A stretch of 64,000 nt of DNA, taken from contig DAOUJN010000035.1 of NCBI GenBank assembly GCA_034422655.1, positions 78,549-142,548 of the forward strand, read 5' to 3'. Source of the stretch: Dehalococcoidia bacterium (lineage in GTDB: Bacteria > Chloroflexota > Dehalococcoidia > Lucifugimonadales > UBA3495). Below are positions 25,531 to 33,906 of this stretch, one piece after another; the first letter of the stretch is position 1, and each line of letters starts with the position of its first letter. A program made the translations under genes and the position numbers. Below the pieces are notes generated by a model that was not told the DNA's origin, did not search any database, and was given only the letters and a program-made list of their open reading frames with translations.

Positions 25531-26061
25531 CTAACTCCCCGTCAGTATCGTCACCACTTCCGTGGCCAGGCCCTCGGCCCGCTCCCTTAGCTGCTCCCGG
25601 TCCAGGTTTTCTATGGGGTGCTCGGTGAAGATGGTGGGGTAGTCTTCGGCGCCCCACATCTTGGCCATACCCTTGGCGGTGGGTATGAAGCGGTCGGTGC
25701 AGATGGTGGCGGAAGGCAGGCCCGCCTTTTCCACGTGAATCCCGTCGTGCACACTGCACGCGCTGCAGGACCCTCAATCGCCGATGGCGATGACCACCGC
25801 ATCGCAGTCGGTTGCCAGGGCCGCGATGGCCGCCGGGTCGGCGGGACGAGATGCGCTGGGCTTGCGGTGCCACTTAACGTCGCCGATTTCATAGCGGGTG
25901 CGCAGGACCTCCGCCAGTTCCTGCAGCAGCACGTCGGCGTTGCGCTTGCTGTCGTCGATGATGCCCACGTTGGCCCCGGCCATGGTGGGCAGACGGGGCG
26001 CGCCGTCAAAGGGCGGCGTTACCGGCTCCGTGGTGGGATTGACCAGAGTGTATTCGCTCAT
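25531..26061 (-). CDS. UGSC family selenoprotein; the in-frame TGA at 25774-25776 is read as selenocysteine
   Basis: Two same-frame ORFs (25774..26061 and 25531..25752) are separated by a single TGA. Read-through gives ...VVIAIGD-U-GSCSACSVHDGIHVEK..., 176 aa in total. A strong GGGAGGAGGG RBS precedes the ATG at 26061. A hairpin lies 13 nt downstream of the TGA. Confidence 0.7.
25746..25776 (-). other. candidate bacterial SECIS: UGA plus downstream hairpin
   Basis: mRNA reads UGA GGGUCCUGCAGCG [CGUGCA-GUG-UGCACG]. The 6-bp stem starts 13 nt after the UGA. Its UGCA/UGCA apex with G/U loop residues resembles the apical part of the E. coli fdhF SECIS. Confidence 0.4.
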
Positions 26062-26079
26062 GTTCCCTCCTCCCGTTTT

Positions 26080-26102
26080 TTATCCACGAATGTTCACTAA
26101 TG
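26080..26102. repeat. Family A element, shortened half copy
   Basis: TTATCCACGAATGTTCACTAATG, between the UGSC gene start and the upstream gene stop. Confidence 0.7.
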
Positions 26103-26122
26103 AATTATAGCCGGGCAGGCGG

Positions 26123-27175
26123 CTACCGGCGCACTTCCCTGGTAACCGACGTGGACCCCACCTTGGGTCCCCAACTGGGAATAACCGACGACATGTTGGA
26201 CTCCTCGCCGCCAGCAAACACCAGCAGTATATCCTCGGGGCCGGCGGTCAGGGGCACCATGCGTTCTTCGTCCCCCGGTTCCACGTCGCCGGGGAACACC
26301 TGGGCCCGCTTGAAATCCGCCACCGAGCGGCGGATGTGGTTGTACAGGTACTCCTTGACCTCGGCCTTGGTCCAGTCCCGCCACAGGCCGCTGTTGCCGG
26401 CGATGGTAACCACAGTTTCTCCCTGCCGGATGCCGGCCGCCGGGTCGCCCACTGAGCCGGAGGTGGACAGGGACGTGCCGAGGGACGATGCCACGTCGGC
26501 GATGGCGTACAGGATGGCTTCGGGTCGGCCCACCGCTCGCACTTGCCGGGGCGCCTCGGACGCAAAAACGGTGACGGCGCTCTGGTCGCCGGAGAAGCCC
26601 CGCTCCACGTGCAGGGGCGTCCAGTGCGTCTCCGTTTCCGCCTCGGCGATGCAGTAGCTGAACTTGCCCGGGTGCCCGATAACGCTGCGGTCGTAAAGGC
26701 CCGGGATGGCAGCGCAGGCGTTCATCAGGACAAGCCGGATGGCCCGCCCGATGGTGGAGTTGGCCCGGTTGCCTGGCCCAAACAGGTTGTTGCGCGAGTT
26801 GATGCCCAGTTCCTGGACGACGGGGCCGTTGACGATGACCAGCACGGCTGCCCCGCCCATGCTGGAGGAGGGTCCCACCAGGTTGAAGGGCGGCGCCAGC
26901 ATGGCCTCGGTGGCGGCCAGCACCACCGGCATATACTCGGGCCTGCAGCCGGCCATCACCGCGTTGGCGGCCACCTTCTCGGCGGTAATCTCCCGCCGCC
27001 GCTCCGGCAGTTCGCCAACAATCTCCGCCCCATCCCGCCCGCCGGCGGCCAGGAACTCGGCCACCTTGTCAGTGGTGGGCGGCAGAATGGGCAGGCCGTC
27101 GGTCCAGCCCAACTCATAAAGGACCTCAACGGCTTCAAAGATGTTGTCCCAGTTTGCGGTGGTGGCGCTGGTCAA
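26123..27175 (-). CDS. conserved hypothetical protein (about 350 aa) immediately upstream of the UGSC selenoprotein gene
   Basis: Clean 374-aa ORF. The preferred start is TTG 27175, preceded by AAGGAG with an 8-nt spacer, which removes the overlap with the upstream gene. No family recognised (LYELGWTDGLPILPPT...). Confidence 0.6.
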   Translation of the reverse strand: MTSATTANWDNIFEAVEVLYELGWTDGLPILPPTTDKVAEFLAAGGRDGAEIVGELPERRREITAEKVAANAVMAGCRPEYMPVVLAATEAMLAPPFNLVGPSSSMGGAAVLVIVNGPVVQELGINSRNNLFGPGNRANSTIGRAIRLVLMNACAAIPGLYDRSVIGHPGKFSYCIAEAETETHWTPLHVERGFSGDQSAVTVFASEAPRQVRAVGRPEAILYAIADVASSLGTSLSTSGSVGDPAAGIRQGETVVTIAGNSGLWRDWTKAEVKEYLYNHIRRSVADFKRAQVFPGDVEPGDEERMVPLTAGPEDILLVFAGGEESNMSSVIPSWGPKVGSTSVTREVRR

Positions 27176-27188
27176 GGCTTGGTCTCCT

Positions 27189-27914
27189 TTATTCCTGGTC
27201 CTGAGAGTCGCGGTCAGGAAGTTGATGCCAATAGACCTGGCCGGCATCTACTTCTTCCTGCACTTCGCGCGTGTTGCGAACGCTGGCGATTACAGGGATA
27301 GATGGGCAGCCGGTTTGCTCAGTGAGGACTTGAGCGTTGCGCATGGCCCTTCGCGTATCCCTGGGGGCGGCTGTGTATGAAATCTCGACGGCCAAGCATT
27401 TCGTTTCACCGTTGTCTTCAGCCATGATTACCAGGTCCGCATCCATAAAGCTCTTCAGGTCGGAGGTCAGGGCTTCGCCATTTGCCGCGCCCAACGCCAT
27501 TTCCGTCAATTCCCCGAAGGGTACGTTGCGCACGAACTTCATACCCATGCCCAGGGGAATAGCCTCCGAACGAGCCACAACCCGTCTTTCGGAATAGTCT
27601 CTCTTCCAATTGGATATATCCCCTTCCATCCGGTCGAACCTCACCAGAGCATTCTGGTTAAACCCCCGCTGTTCATCGTTGAACTGAGTCTGTTCCTCCC
27701 GGAACTGCCGCATCTCGCCGTTGAACTGTTCTTGCCTCTCGTTAAACTGTTCCTGCCTGGCTACGAACCTGTTGACCGTTTCGGTCAACGCTTGCAGCGC
27801 GGCAGGAAGGTTAAGCAGTTCATCGCCCAATATCTGGGCGCGCACCGCTTCCCGCCATTCGGGGTTTTCTCGAAGGGCACGCAAGAATTCTTCAGGTGTG
27901 TTGATCAAAGTCAT
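27189..27914 (-). CDS. coiled-coil protein with a C-terminal PD-(D/E)xK-like domain (DUF3782-like)
   Basis: 241 aa. N-terminal QEQFN-type repeats (RQEQFNERQEQFNGEMRQFREEQTQFNDEQRGFNQ). C-terminal DADLVIMAEDNGETKCLAVEISYTA has nuclease-core-like spacing. Confidence 0.55.
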   Translation of the reverse strand: MTLINTPEEFLRALRENPEWREAVRAQILGDELLNLPAALQALTETVNRFVARQEQFNERQEQFNGEMRQFREEQTQFNDEQRGFNQNALVRFDRMEGDISNWKRDYSERRVVARSEAIPLGMGMKFVRNVPFGELTEMALGAANGEALTSDLKSFMDADLVIMAEDNGETKCLAVEISYTAAPRDTRRAMRNAQVLTEQTGCPSIPVIASVRNTREVQEEVDAGQVYWHQLPDRDSQDQE

Positions 27915-27993
27915 GGCTCAGAACTCTCTCGGCAATATTATAACGGCTTTTGCTGGCCGAGAGACCAAACGGTAATGCCTTGTCAGTGCTATT

Positions 27994-28041
27994 GAAGAAA
28001 ACCGGAGGTCAACCGCTGTCCGTCAGACAGGGTTGGCCTCC
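27994..28041 (-). terminator. rho-independent terminator downstream of the NHL-repeat gene
   Basis: 16-bp interrupted stem at 28004-28041 (GGAGGTCAACC..CTGTC / GACAG..GGTTGGCCTCC), followed on the minus strand by GGTTTTCTTC. Confidence 0.65.
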
Positions 28042-28071
28042 ATAAAACCGAGTTGCAACTAGTCTGGGTAC

Positions 28072-29016
28072 CTACCTGACCCGTTCGTATTTGGAGAAGC
28101 TGCGCAGTTCCCGGGGCGGGTCCATGTGGGAGCCGCGGATGGTGTAGGACACTTCGGCCACGTATACCGCGCCGGTGGAGTCAACCGCTACGCCGTGGGG
28201 GGCGATGAACTGGCCCGCGCCTTCGCCCTCTTCCTTGGTGCCGAACATGCCGACCCGGTTGCCCTCGAGGTCATAGATGGTTACCCGGTGGCCCAGGCCC
28301 GGGGCGTCGTCCACGCCGCCCATGCCGTTAAGCTCGCCGATGTAGATGTGGTTGTCCCACAGCACCATGGCGTCGGGTCGGTGGATGTTGCTCCACATGG
28401 TGATGAAGCCGCCTTCCGGATCGAAAATCTGGACCCGGTGGCATTCCCGGTCCACCACCAGGATGCGGTCGTCGGCGTCCACGGCGATGTTGTGGGGGCG
28501 GATGAACTGGCCGGCGTCTATCCCCGGCTCGCCCCAGCTGAACTTGTACTGGCCGTCGCCGGTGTAGCAGTGGATGCGGGAATTGCCGTAGCCGTCGGAG
28601 ATGTAGATGTCGCCATTGGAAGGCCGAATGGCCGCCGAAGTGGGCCGGTTGAAGGGCTGACCGCTCCAGCGGGGGGCCGGATGGTTGCGCTCGCCGATCT
28701 CCATTACTTTTTCGCCGTCGGGGGTGAACTTCTGGATGGTGTGGATGCCGTCGTCGGCGGCAAGGATGGAATCGTCATGGGCGATGTAGAGACCGTGGGT
28801 GCGGTTGCTGAACAGCCCCTGACCAAAGGAACGCAGGAAGATGCCATCCTTGTCGAAGACCATGATGGGGTCCTCGCCCCGGGTGAGTATGAACACCCGG
28901 TCTTCCGAGTCGCAGACCACGCCGGGACACTCCAGCAGGCGCTTCCCCTGGGGCAGTTTTGCCCAGCCTTCAGCAAAGGTGTACTGAAAATCGCCATACC
29001 CGAAAACTTCTGCCAT
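28072..29016 (-). CDS. NHL-repeat six-bladed beta-propeller protein (peptidyl-alpha-hydroxyglycine lyase-like)
   Basis: Repeated blades (IYISDGYGNSRIHCY, ILVVDRECHRVQIFD, VYVAEVS). ATG at 29016 follows AGGAGG. Confidence 0.7.
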   Translation of the reverse strand: MAEVFGYGDFQYTFAEGWAKLPQGKRLLECPGVVCDSEDRVFILTRGEDPIMVFDKDGIFLRSFGQGLFSNRTHGLYIAHDDSILAADDGIHTIQKFTPDGEKVMEIGERNHPAPRWSGQPFNRPTSAAIRPSNGDIYISDGYGNSRIHCYTGDGQYKFSWGEPGIDAGQFIRPHNIAVDADDRILVVDRECHRVQIFDPEGGFITMWSNIHRPDAMVLWDNHIYIGELNGMGGVDDAPGLGHRVTIYDLEGNRVGMFGTKEEGEGAGQFIAPHGVAVDSTGAVYVAEVSYTIRGSHMDPPRELRSFSKYERVR

Positions 29017-29106
29017 AGCTCTTTTCCTCCTGGTGTTTAACACCGCGGACCGCTGCCGGAACGGGCGCCTCGAAAACCCTAAACTACGGCCCCGCAGTTT
29101 GCCGTC

Positions 29107-29135
29107 ATACTACCTTTATGCCGGGACAACGTCAA
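29107..29135 (-). promoter_or_regulatory. sigma70-type promoter for the NHL-repeat gene
   Basis: On the minus strand: TTGACG (29135-29130), 17-nt spacer, TAGTAT (29112-29107). About 90 nt upstream of the ATG at 29016. Confidence 0.5.
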
Positions 29136-29289
29136 TTGGGAGTCAGGGCTATCGCATGTGAAGGTTGGGGAGTAGCCTTCGTTCCCGTCATGGCGGAACG
29201 TCGAAGTCTGCGCATACCAGTCCCAGATGTTGAGACTAAAGCCCCATAAGTTGGGCCCTTTAGGTGCGGTCGCATTGAACCGGCAGCCC

Positions 29290-30555
29290 CTACGACTGGC
29301 GGCGTCTGCGCAGGCGTTCCTCTTCCTCCGGCGGCCGGACGTTGCGGAACATGAAATATAGGGAAAGGTCGTAGCCAATCTTCAACACCGCCGAGCCCAC
29401 CAGCGGGGCCCAGGCAGCGGTAATGTTCCAGATGGCCGTCGTAACCGATGGGCCAACTGCCCCCGCGGCGCTGCGGCTCACCATGTTAATGCTGGCCATG
29501 GCAACCCGTTCCTCCCGGTTGATCACCGCCATGTTGTACGAGTCCCGGGTGGGAACATCCATCTGGCTCAGGAAGGCGCGGCATTGCCAGAACACTATCG
29601 CCAGCGTGGCCGTGGGCGCGAAGGCGGCGGCCAGCAGGAAAAAGCTGGACGGGATATGGGTGAACACCATGGTGTTCAGCAGCCCGATCCGGTTGGCTAT
29701 CTTGGCTGATATCCACAGGGAAGATGCCGTCAGCAGGTGGGACAGCGAGAAGACCAGGGCCAGCGACTCCACCGTCAACCCGAACTTGGTGTAGAACCAG
29801 TAGGCCACCAGGCTCTGCATAACCATGGACGTGGTAAACGTATCCACACTGTACAGGGAAATCAGCGTGAAAATCCGGCGGCGCGACGGCAGGTTCAACG
29901 GGTTTTGCCACTGCTGCCGGATGCTGGCCCCTTCCACGCTCGACGAGACGAATACGTACAGCCCCGCCCCTGCCAGTTGGCACAGGGCAAAACCCAGGAA
30001 CATTGTCTGGTAGGACGACAGGACGGACAGGCCCAGACCTTCCTGCAGCAGGACCGGAAAGCCGGCGGCCAGCGCGCCCAGGAAGGTGCCGGTGCGGGCA
30101 ACGATGCTATAGACGGCGAAAATATCGGTGCGCCTTTCCGGGGGCCCGGTATCCGGGAGAATGGCGACTTCCAGGGGTTGCGCCGGACTCTCCCCACCGC
30201 CGCCGCCGGTAGACAGGCTTCCCAGGAAGGCGATTACCAGTAGGGGAACGAAGGTTTCGGTGAAGTACATCGCCAGTCCGGCAGCCGCAGCCAGGAGCGA
30301 AAAGACGACCAGGAGCCGCCGCCGGCCCACCCTTTCACTGGCTATGCCCACCACCAGCGCAAAAAAGGAAACCCCGGCAACCCCCACGGTAAGAATCGCC
30401 CCAATCTGCACCAGGTTGAAGCCCAGTTCAGCGAGATAGATGGCGATGATGACGGAAATGAAGCTCTGGGAGAAGGTGCGGATTCCCCGGGCCAACGTTA
30501 TCAGCCTGGCGTCGCGGTTCACCCAGGACAGGGAAGCAAGGAATCGAGCTATCAT
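29290..30555 (-). CDS. MFS transporter
   Basis: 421 aa with about 12 hydrophobic helices. Charged C-terminal tail. Confidence 0.8.
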   Translation of the reverse strand: MIARFLASLSWVNRDARLITLARGIRTFSQSFISVIIAIYLAELGFNLVQIGAILTVGVAGVSFFALVVGIASERVGRRRLLVVFSLLAAAAGLAMYFTETFVPLLVIAFLGSLSTGGGGGESPAQPLEVAILPDTGPPERRTDIFAVYSIVARTGTFLGALAAGFPVLLQEGLGLSVLSSYQTMFLGFALCQLAGAGLYVFVSSSVEGASIRQQWQNPLNLPSRRRIFTLISLYSVDTFTTSMVMQSLVAYWFYTKFGLTVESLALVFSLSHLLTASSLWISAKIANRIGLLNTMVFTHIPSSFFLLAAAFAPTATLAIVFWQCRAFLSQMDVPTRDSYNMAVINREERVAMASINMVSRSAAGAVGPSVTTAIWNITAAWAPLVGSAVLKIGYDLSLYFMFRNVRPPEEEERLRRRRQS

Positions 30556-30567
30556 GATGGGTTGGGG

Positions 30568-30603
30568 TTATCCGTTATTCCGGCGAAAGCCGGAATCCAG
30601 AAC
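30568..30603. repeat. Family D hairpin element (ATTCCGGC-GAAA-GCCGGAAT), copy 1
   Basis: CCGTTATTCCGGCGAAAGCCGGAATCCAGAACC. Perfect 8-bp stem with a GAAA tetraloop. Lies between the MFS start and the gatA stop. Confidence 0.75.
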
Positions 30604-30626
30604 CACGATTGAGTTTCCGGCACAGC

Positions 30627-32084
30627 CTAAATGCCCGGCCTGGCCTTGTGCCATTCCGTCGCCTGTTCGTAGGCGTAGGCGATGTTCAGCAGCCGTTCCT
30701 CCGAGAGGTGGGGGCCGATTAGCTGCATGCCCACGGGCAGGCCTTCTGAGAAGCCGCAGGGTACCGACATGGCTGGAATCCCGGCGATGTTGATGGGCAG
30801 AGTGCAGACGTCAATCAGGTACATCTGCACCGGGTCGGCCGTCTTTTCGCCGATGGGGAAGGCCACCACCGGCGACGTGGGGGTTACCAGGGCATCCACG
30901 GACTCGAAGACTCGCGCAAAGTCCTGGCGGATGAGGGTGCGCGCCTGCTGGGCCTTCAGGTAGTAGGCGTCGTAGTAGCCGGCGGACAAGGCGTAGGCGC
31001 CCAGCATTATCCGCCGCTTAACCTCGGGCCCGAACCCCCGCTGGCGGGTGGCCTCCATGGCCTGCCACATATCCGACGTGTCCTGGTAGGAGTACCCGAA
31101 CTTCACGCCGTCGTAGCGGGCCAGGTTGGCCGAGCATTCGGACGGGGCGATGATGTAGTAGCATGCCAGGGCATACTCAGTGGTGGGTAATGACACCGGC
31201 TCCACCGAGGCCCCCAGGCTTTCCAGTTCCGTGATGGCGCCTTCCACTGCCTCCCGCACCCCCGCCTCCATGCCTTCCACGAAATACTCGCGGGGAATGC
31301 CCAGCCGCATACCCTTTATGTCTCCGGTCAGCCCGGCGGTAAAGTCGGTGGGCGGCAAGTTCAGGGACGTGGAGTCCCGGGGGTCATAACCGGCGATGGC
31401 GTTCAGGGTGATGGCGCAGTCCGTAACGTCCTTGCCCACCGGCCCGATCTGGTCCAGGGAAGATGCGAAGGCGATGAGACCGTAGCGGCTGACCCGTCCG
31501 TAGGTGGGCTTGAGACCCGCCACGCCGCACAATGACGCCGGCTGGCGGATGCTGCCGCCAGTGTCGGATCCCAGGGCTACGATGGCCTCGTCGGCAGCCA
31601 CCGCTGCCGCCGCGCCGCCGCTGCTGCCGCCAGGCACCCGGCCCAGGTCCCAGGGATTGTGGGTGGGATAGAAGGCCGAGTTTTCGCAGGACGACCCCAT
31701 GGCGAATTCGTCCATGTTGCCCTTGCCCAGCAGCACCGCGCCCTGGGCCGACAGCTTTGCCCACACCGTGGCGTCGTACACCGGAACGAAATTCTCCAGC
31801 ATCCTGGACGAGCAGGTGGTCCTGATGCCATTGGTGCAGATCAAGTCCTTTACCTGCACCGGAATGCCGGTCATGGGCTCGCCACGACCCTCGGTCAGGG
31901 CCCGGTCTGCCGCTTCCGCCTGTTTCAGGGCGTGGTCTTCCGTGACCGTTACATAGGCCTTGACCTGCTCTTCCACCTGGGCGATGCGGTCAAAGCAGGC
32001 GCGGGCGAGTTCCACGGCGCTGAAAGACCCGGCGTCCAGTCCGGCCCGGGCCTCGTGCAAAGTCAGTTCCCAGAGTTCAGCCAA
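30627..32084 (-). CDS. gatA: Asp-tRNA(Asn)/Glu-tRNA(Gln) amidotransferase subunit A
   Basis: 485 aa with the [13 protein letters not shown] amidase signature. Directly downstream of gatC. Confidence 0.92.
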   Translation of the reverse strand: MAELWELTLHEARAGLDAGSFSAVELARACFDRIAQVEEQVKAYVTVTEDHALKQAEAADRALTEGRGEPMTGIPVQVKDLICTNGIRTTCSSRMLENFVPVYDATVWAKLSAQGAVLLGKGNMDEFAMGSSCENSAFYPTHNPWDLGRVPGGSSGGAAAAVAADEAIVALGSDTGGSIRQPASLCGVAGLKPTYGRVSRYGLIAFASSLDQIGPVGKDVTDCAITLNAIAGYDPRDSTSLNLPPTDFTAGLTGDIKGMRLGIPREYFVEGMEAGVREAVEGAITELESLGASVEPVSLPTTEYALACYYIIAPSECSANLARYDGVKFGYSYQDTSDMWQAMEATRQRGFGPEVKRRIMLGAYALSAGYYDAYYLKAQQARTLIRQDFARVFESVDALVTPTSPVVAFPIGEKTADPVQMYLIDVCTLPINIAGIPAMSVPCGFSEGLPVGMQLIGPHLSEERLLNIAYAYEQATEWHKARPGI

Positions 32085-32090
32085 GGGATT

Positions 32091-32381
32091 CTATTCCTCC
32101 AGCACCGCCTTAACCCGGAACAGGTCGCCCTCTCGGCGGGGCGCGTTCAGCAGCGTGTCCTCGGGGCTGAGCGACTCTGCAGGCTCGTCTTCCCGCATTA
32201 CCGAGTTCAGTTCCACGGCGTGTCCGGTGGGTTCCACCGTACTGGTGTCCAACTGCGTCAGCAACTCGAACTGGTCCAGGATGTTGGAAAGCTGTTCCTG
32301 GAAGGTGGCTATCTCATCCTCGGACAGCCCGATGCGGGCCAGGGCGGCAATGTGTTCAACGTCGGCGCGGTTCAGCGGCAT
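32091..32381 (-). CDS. gatC: Asp-tRNA(Asn)/Glu-tRNA(Gln) amidotransferase subunit C
   Basis: 96 aa. VEHIAALARIGLSEDEIATFQEQLSNILDQF...VEPTGH is a typical GatC. Confidence 0.9.
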   Translation of the reverse strand: MPLNRADVEHIAALARIGLSEDEIATFQEQLSNILDQFELLTQLDTSTVEPTGHAVELNSVMREDEPAESLSPEDTLLNAPRREGDLFRVKAVLEE

Positions 32382-32394
32382 ATTTATTCCTGTT

Positions 32395-32482
32395 CATCCA
32401 CGAATCCGCCACGGCGGACGAATTTTCACTAATGGAAGTCAGCCAAATGCATTTGTGCCTATTCGTGGGTATTCGTGGATAA
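32395..32482. repeat. Family A inverted-repeat element, full copy (left arm with CCGCCACGGCGG insert)
   Basis: CATCCACGAATCCGCCACGGCGGACGAATTTTCACTAATGG...GCATTTGTGCCTATTCGTGGGTATTCGTGGATAA. Ends 4 nt before the SDR stop. Confidence 0.9.
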
Positions 32483-32485
32483 GGG

Positions 32486-33346
32486 TTAATTCATCTCCGA
32501 GCCACCAGAGACGCTGATAGAGAGGCCGGTCATGTAGTCCGACTCGGCGGAGGACAGGAAGGCGGCCATGTTGGCGATGTCGTTGCCCTGGGCGATGCGG
32601 CCCATGGGCACCCGGGTTGACCGTTCCTGTACCATCAGGGCCCGGTGTTCCTCGGCCGATTCTCCCTCGGCGGCCAGGGCGGCGGCGATGAAGTCCACCC
32701 TTTCCGTGTCCACCAGGCCGGGGCAGATGGCGTTGACGTTGACCTTGTGGGCCGCCATTTCCTGGGCCAGGGCCTGGGTGAATCCTACCAGCGCAAACTT
32801 GGAGGCGCAGTAAACGGCATAGCGGGCGATGCCGCGCTTGCCGGCCCCGGATGAAATGATGATAATCTTGCCGCCCCCGTTGCCGTTGTTGCTTCGCTCC
32901 ACCATGTGCCGGGACACGGCGCGGGAGCACAGGTAGGTGCCGCGGACGTTGACCCGCATCACCTCGTCGAAGGCATCCTCCTCCAGGTCAACCACCAGTA
33001 CTCGGTCCCGGCCGGGACGGGAGCCGGCGTTGTTGACCAGGATGTCAATCTTGCCAAACCGGTCCAGCACCTGCTTGACCATGTCGTCCACCTGGGCGCT
33101 GTCGGAAACGTCGGAGAATATGCCCAGGGCCTGGCGGCCCTCGGCCTCGATTTCCTTCACCACGCTGGGCAGGCCCTCCCACCCCTCAGCCCGGTCTTCG
33201 GCGCGGATGGCCGTCACCGATTCGGGAATGTCGGTAACCACCACGTCGGCGCCCTCCCGCGCCAGGCGGGTGGCTATGGCCCGGCCGATGCCGTTACGGC
33301 CGCCGGCGCCGGTTACGACGGCTACTTTTCCGCTAAGGTCGTACAT
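32486..33346 (-). CDS. SDR family oxidoreductase
   Basis: VTGAGGRNGIGRA, NNAG and YCASKFA motifs. 286 aa. Confidence 0.85.
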   Translation of the reverse strand: MYDLSGKVAVVTGAGGRNGIGRAIATRLAREGADVVVTDIPESVTAIRAEDRAEGWEGLPSVVKEIEAEGRQALGIFSDVSDSAQVDDMVKQVLDRFGKIDILVNNAGSRPGRDRVLVVDLEEDAFDEVMRVNVRGTYLCSRAVSRHMVERSNNGNGGGKIIIISSGAGKRGIARYAVYCASKFALVGFTQALAQEMAAHKVNVNAICPGLVDTERVDFIAAALAAEGESAEEHRALMVQERSTRVPMGRIAQGNDIANMAAFLSSAESDYMTGLSISVSGGSEMN

Positions 33347-33367
33347 TTTATTGCCTCATCTTCCATG

Positions 33368-33451
33368 TATCCACGAATAAGCACGAATACTCACGAATGT
33401 TATTTTGGGCGCTAAAGAGCCATTCGTGAATATTCGTGTCTATTCGTGGAA
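33368..33451. repeat. Family A inverted-repeat element, full copy
   Basis: TATCCACGAATAAGCACGAATACTCACGAATG...CCATTCGTGAATATTCGTGTCTATTCGTGGAA. Confidence 0.9.
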
Positions 33452-33457
33452 AACCGG

Positions 33458-33898
33458 TTACTCCTCGCTTCTGGGCAGGGAAATCAGGGCCGTGCCGCCC
33501 ACGTAGCGCTCCCCGGCTTCCCCCATCATCAGCACGTCACACTCCACCAGGTTTTCCCCGTCCTCTTCCCGGGTGTCCGTAACGGTGGCGGAGATGAGCA
33601 GGGGCTTGTTGTGAGGGACGGGCTGGCGGAAAACCAGGTCCAGGTCCTTCAACGACTCCGGGCCGGCCCAGTCGGTAAGGGCCTGGCTCATTATGGCCAT
33701 GCTCATCACACCTGGGACAATGGGGCCCGGCAGGCCGGACTTCTCGGCAATCTCCTGGCTGGTGAAGCGGTTGGGCAAGGGGTTGCCCCACAGTTCGCAG
33801 AAGGTGGCCACGTTTTCATCCGTAGCCACCAGTTCCACCGGGCCAATCTCGTCGCCCAGGTCTATGTCTTCAAAATAGAGGTTCGTCGGGTCAGCCAT
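33458..33898 (-). CDS. MaoC-like (R)-hydratase/dehydratase hotdog protein
   Basis: 146 aa from the ATG at 33898 (MADPTNLYFEDIDLGDE...). The longest ORF overlaps the upstream gene. Confidence 0.75.
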   Translation of the reverse strand: MADPTNLYFEDIDLGDEIGPVELVATDENVATFCELWGNPLPNRFTSQEIAEKSGLPGPIVPGVMSMAIMSQALTDWAGPESLKDLDLVFRQPVPHNKPLLISATVTDTREEDGENLVECDVLMMGEAGERYVGGTALISLPRSEE

Positions 33899-33906
33899 TG
33901 CTCCAT

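Noticed and set aside
25514-26009. Alternative-frame ORFs over the selenoprotein locus (25514..25873 and 25611..26009), considered as the real genes to explain the split ORFs.
   Set aside because: Both are Arg/Pro/Gly-rich shadow frames without an RBS. The two same-frame ORFs joined by one TGA give a coherent protein with the UGSC motif and a strong RBS.
29144-29157. A 14-nt exact match (CAGGGCTATCGCAT) to the tail of family C copy 2, considered as a fourth family C copy.
   Set aside because: Similarity does not extend beyond 14 nt, and the CAGAG-rich hairpin is absent. At most it is a remnant, so it is mentioned under the family C finding and not called as a feature.
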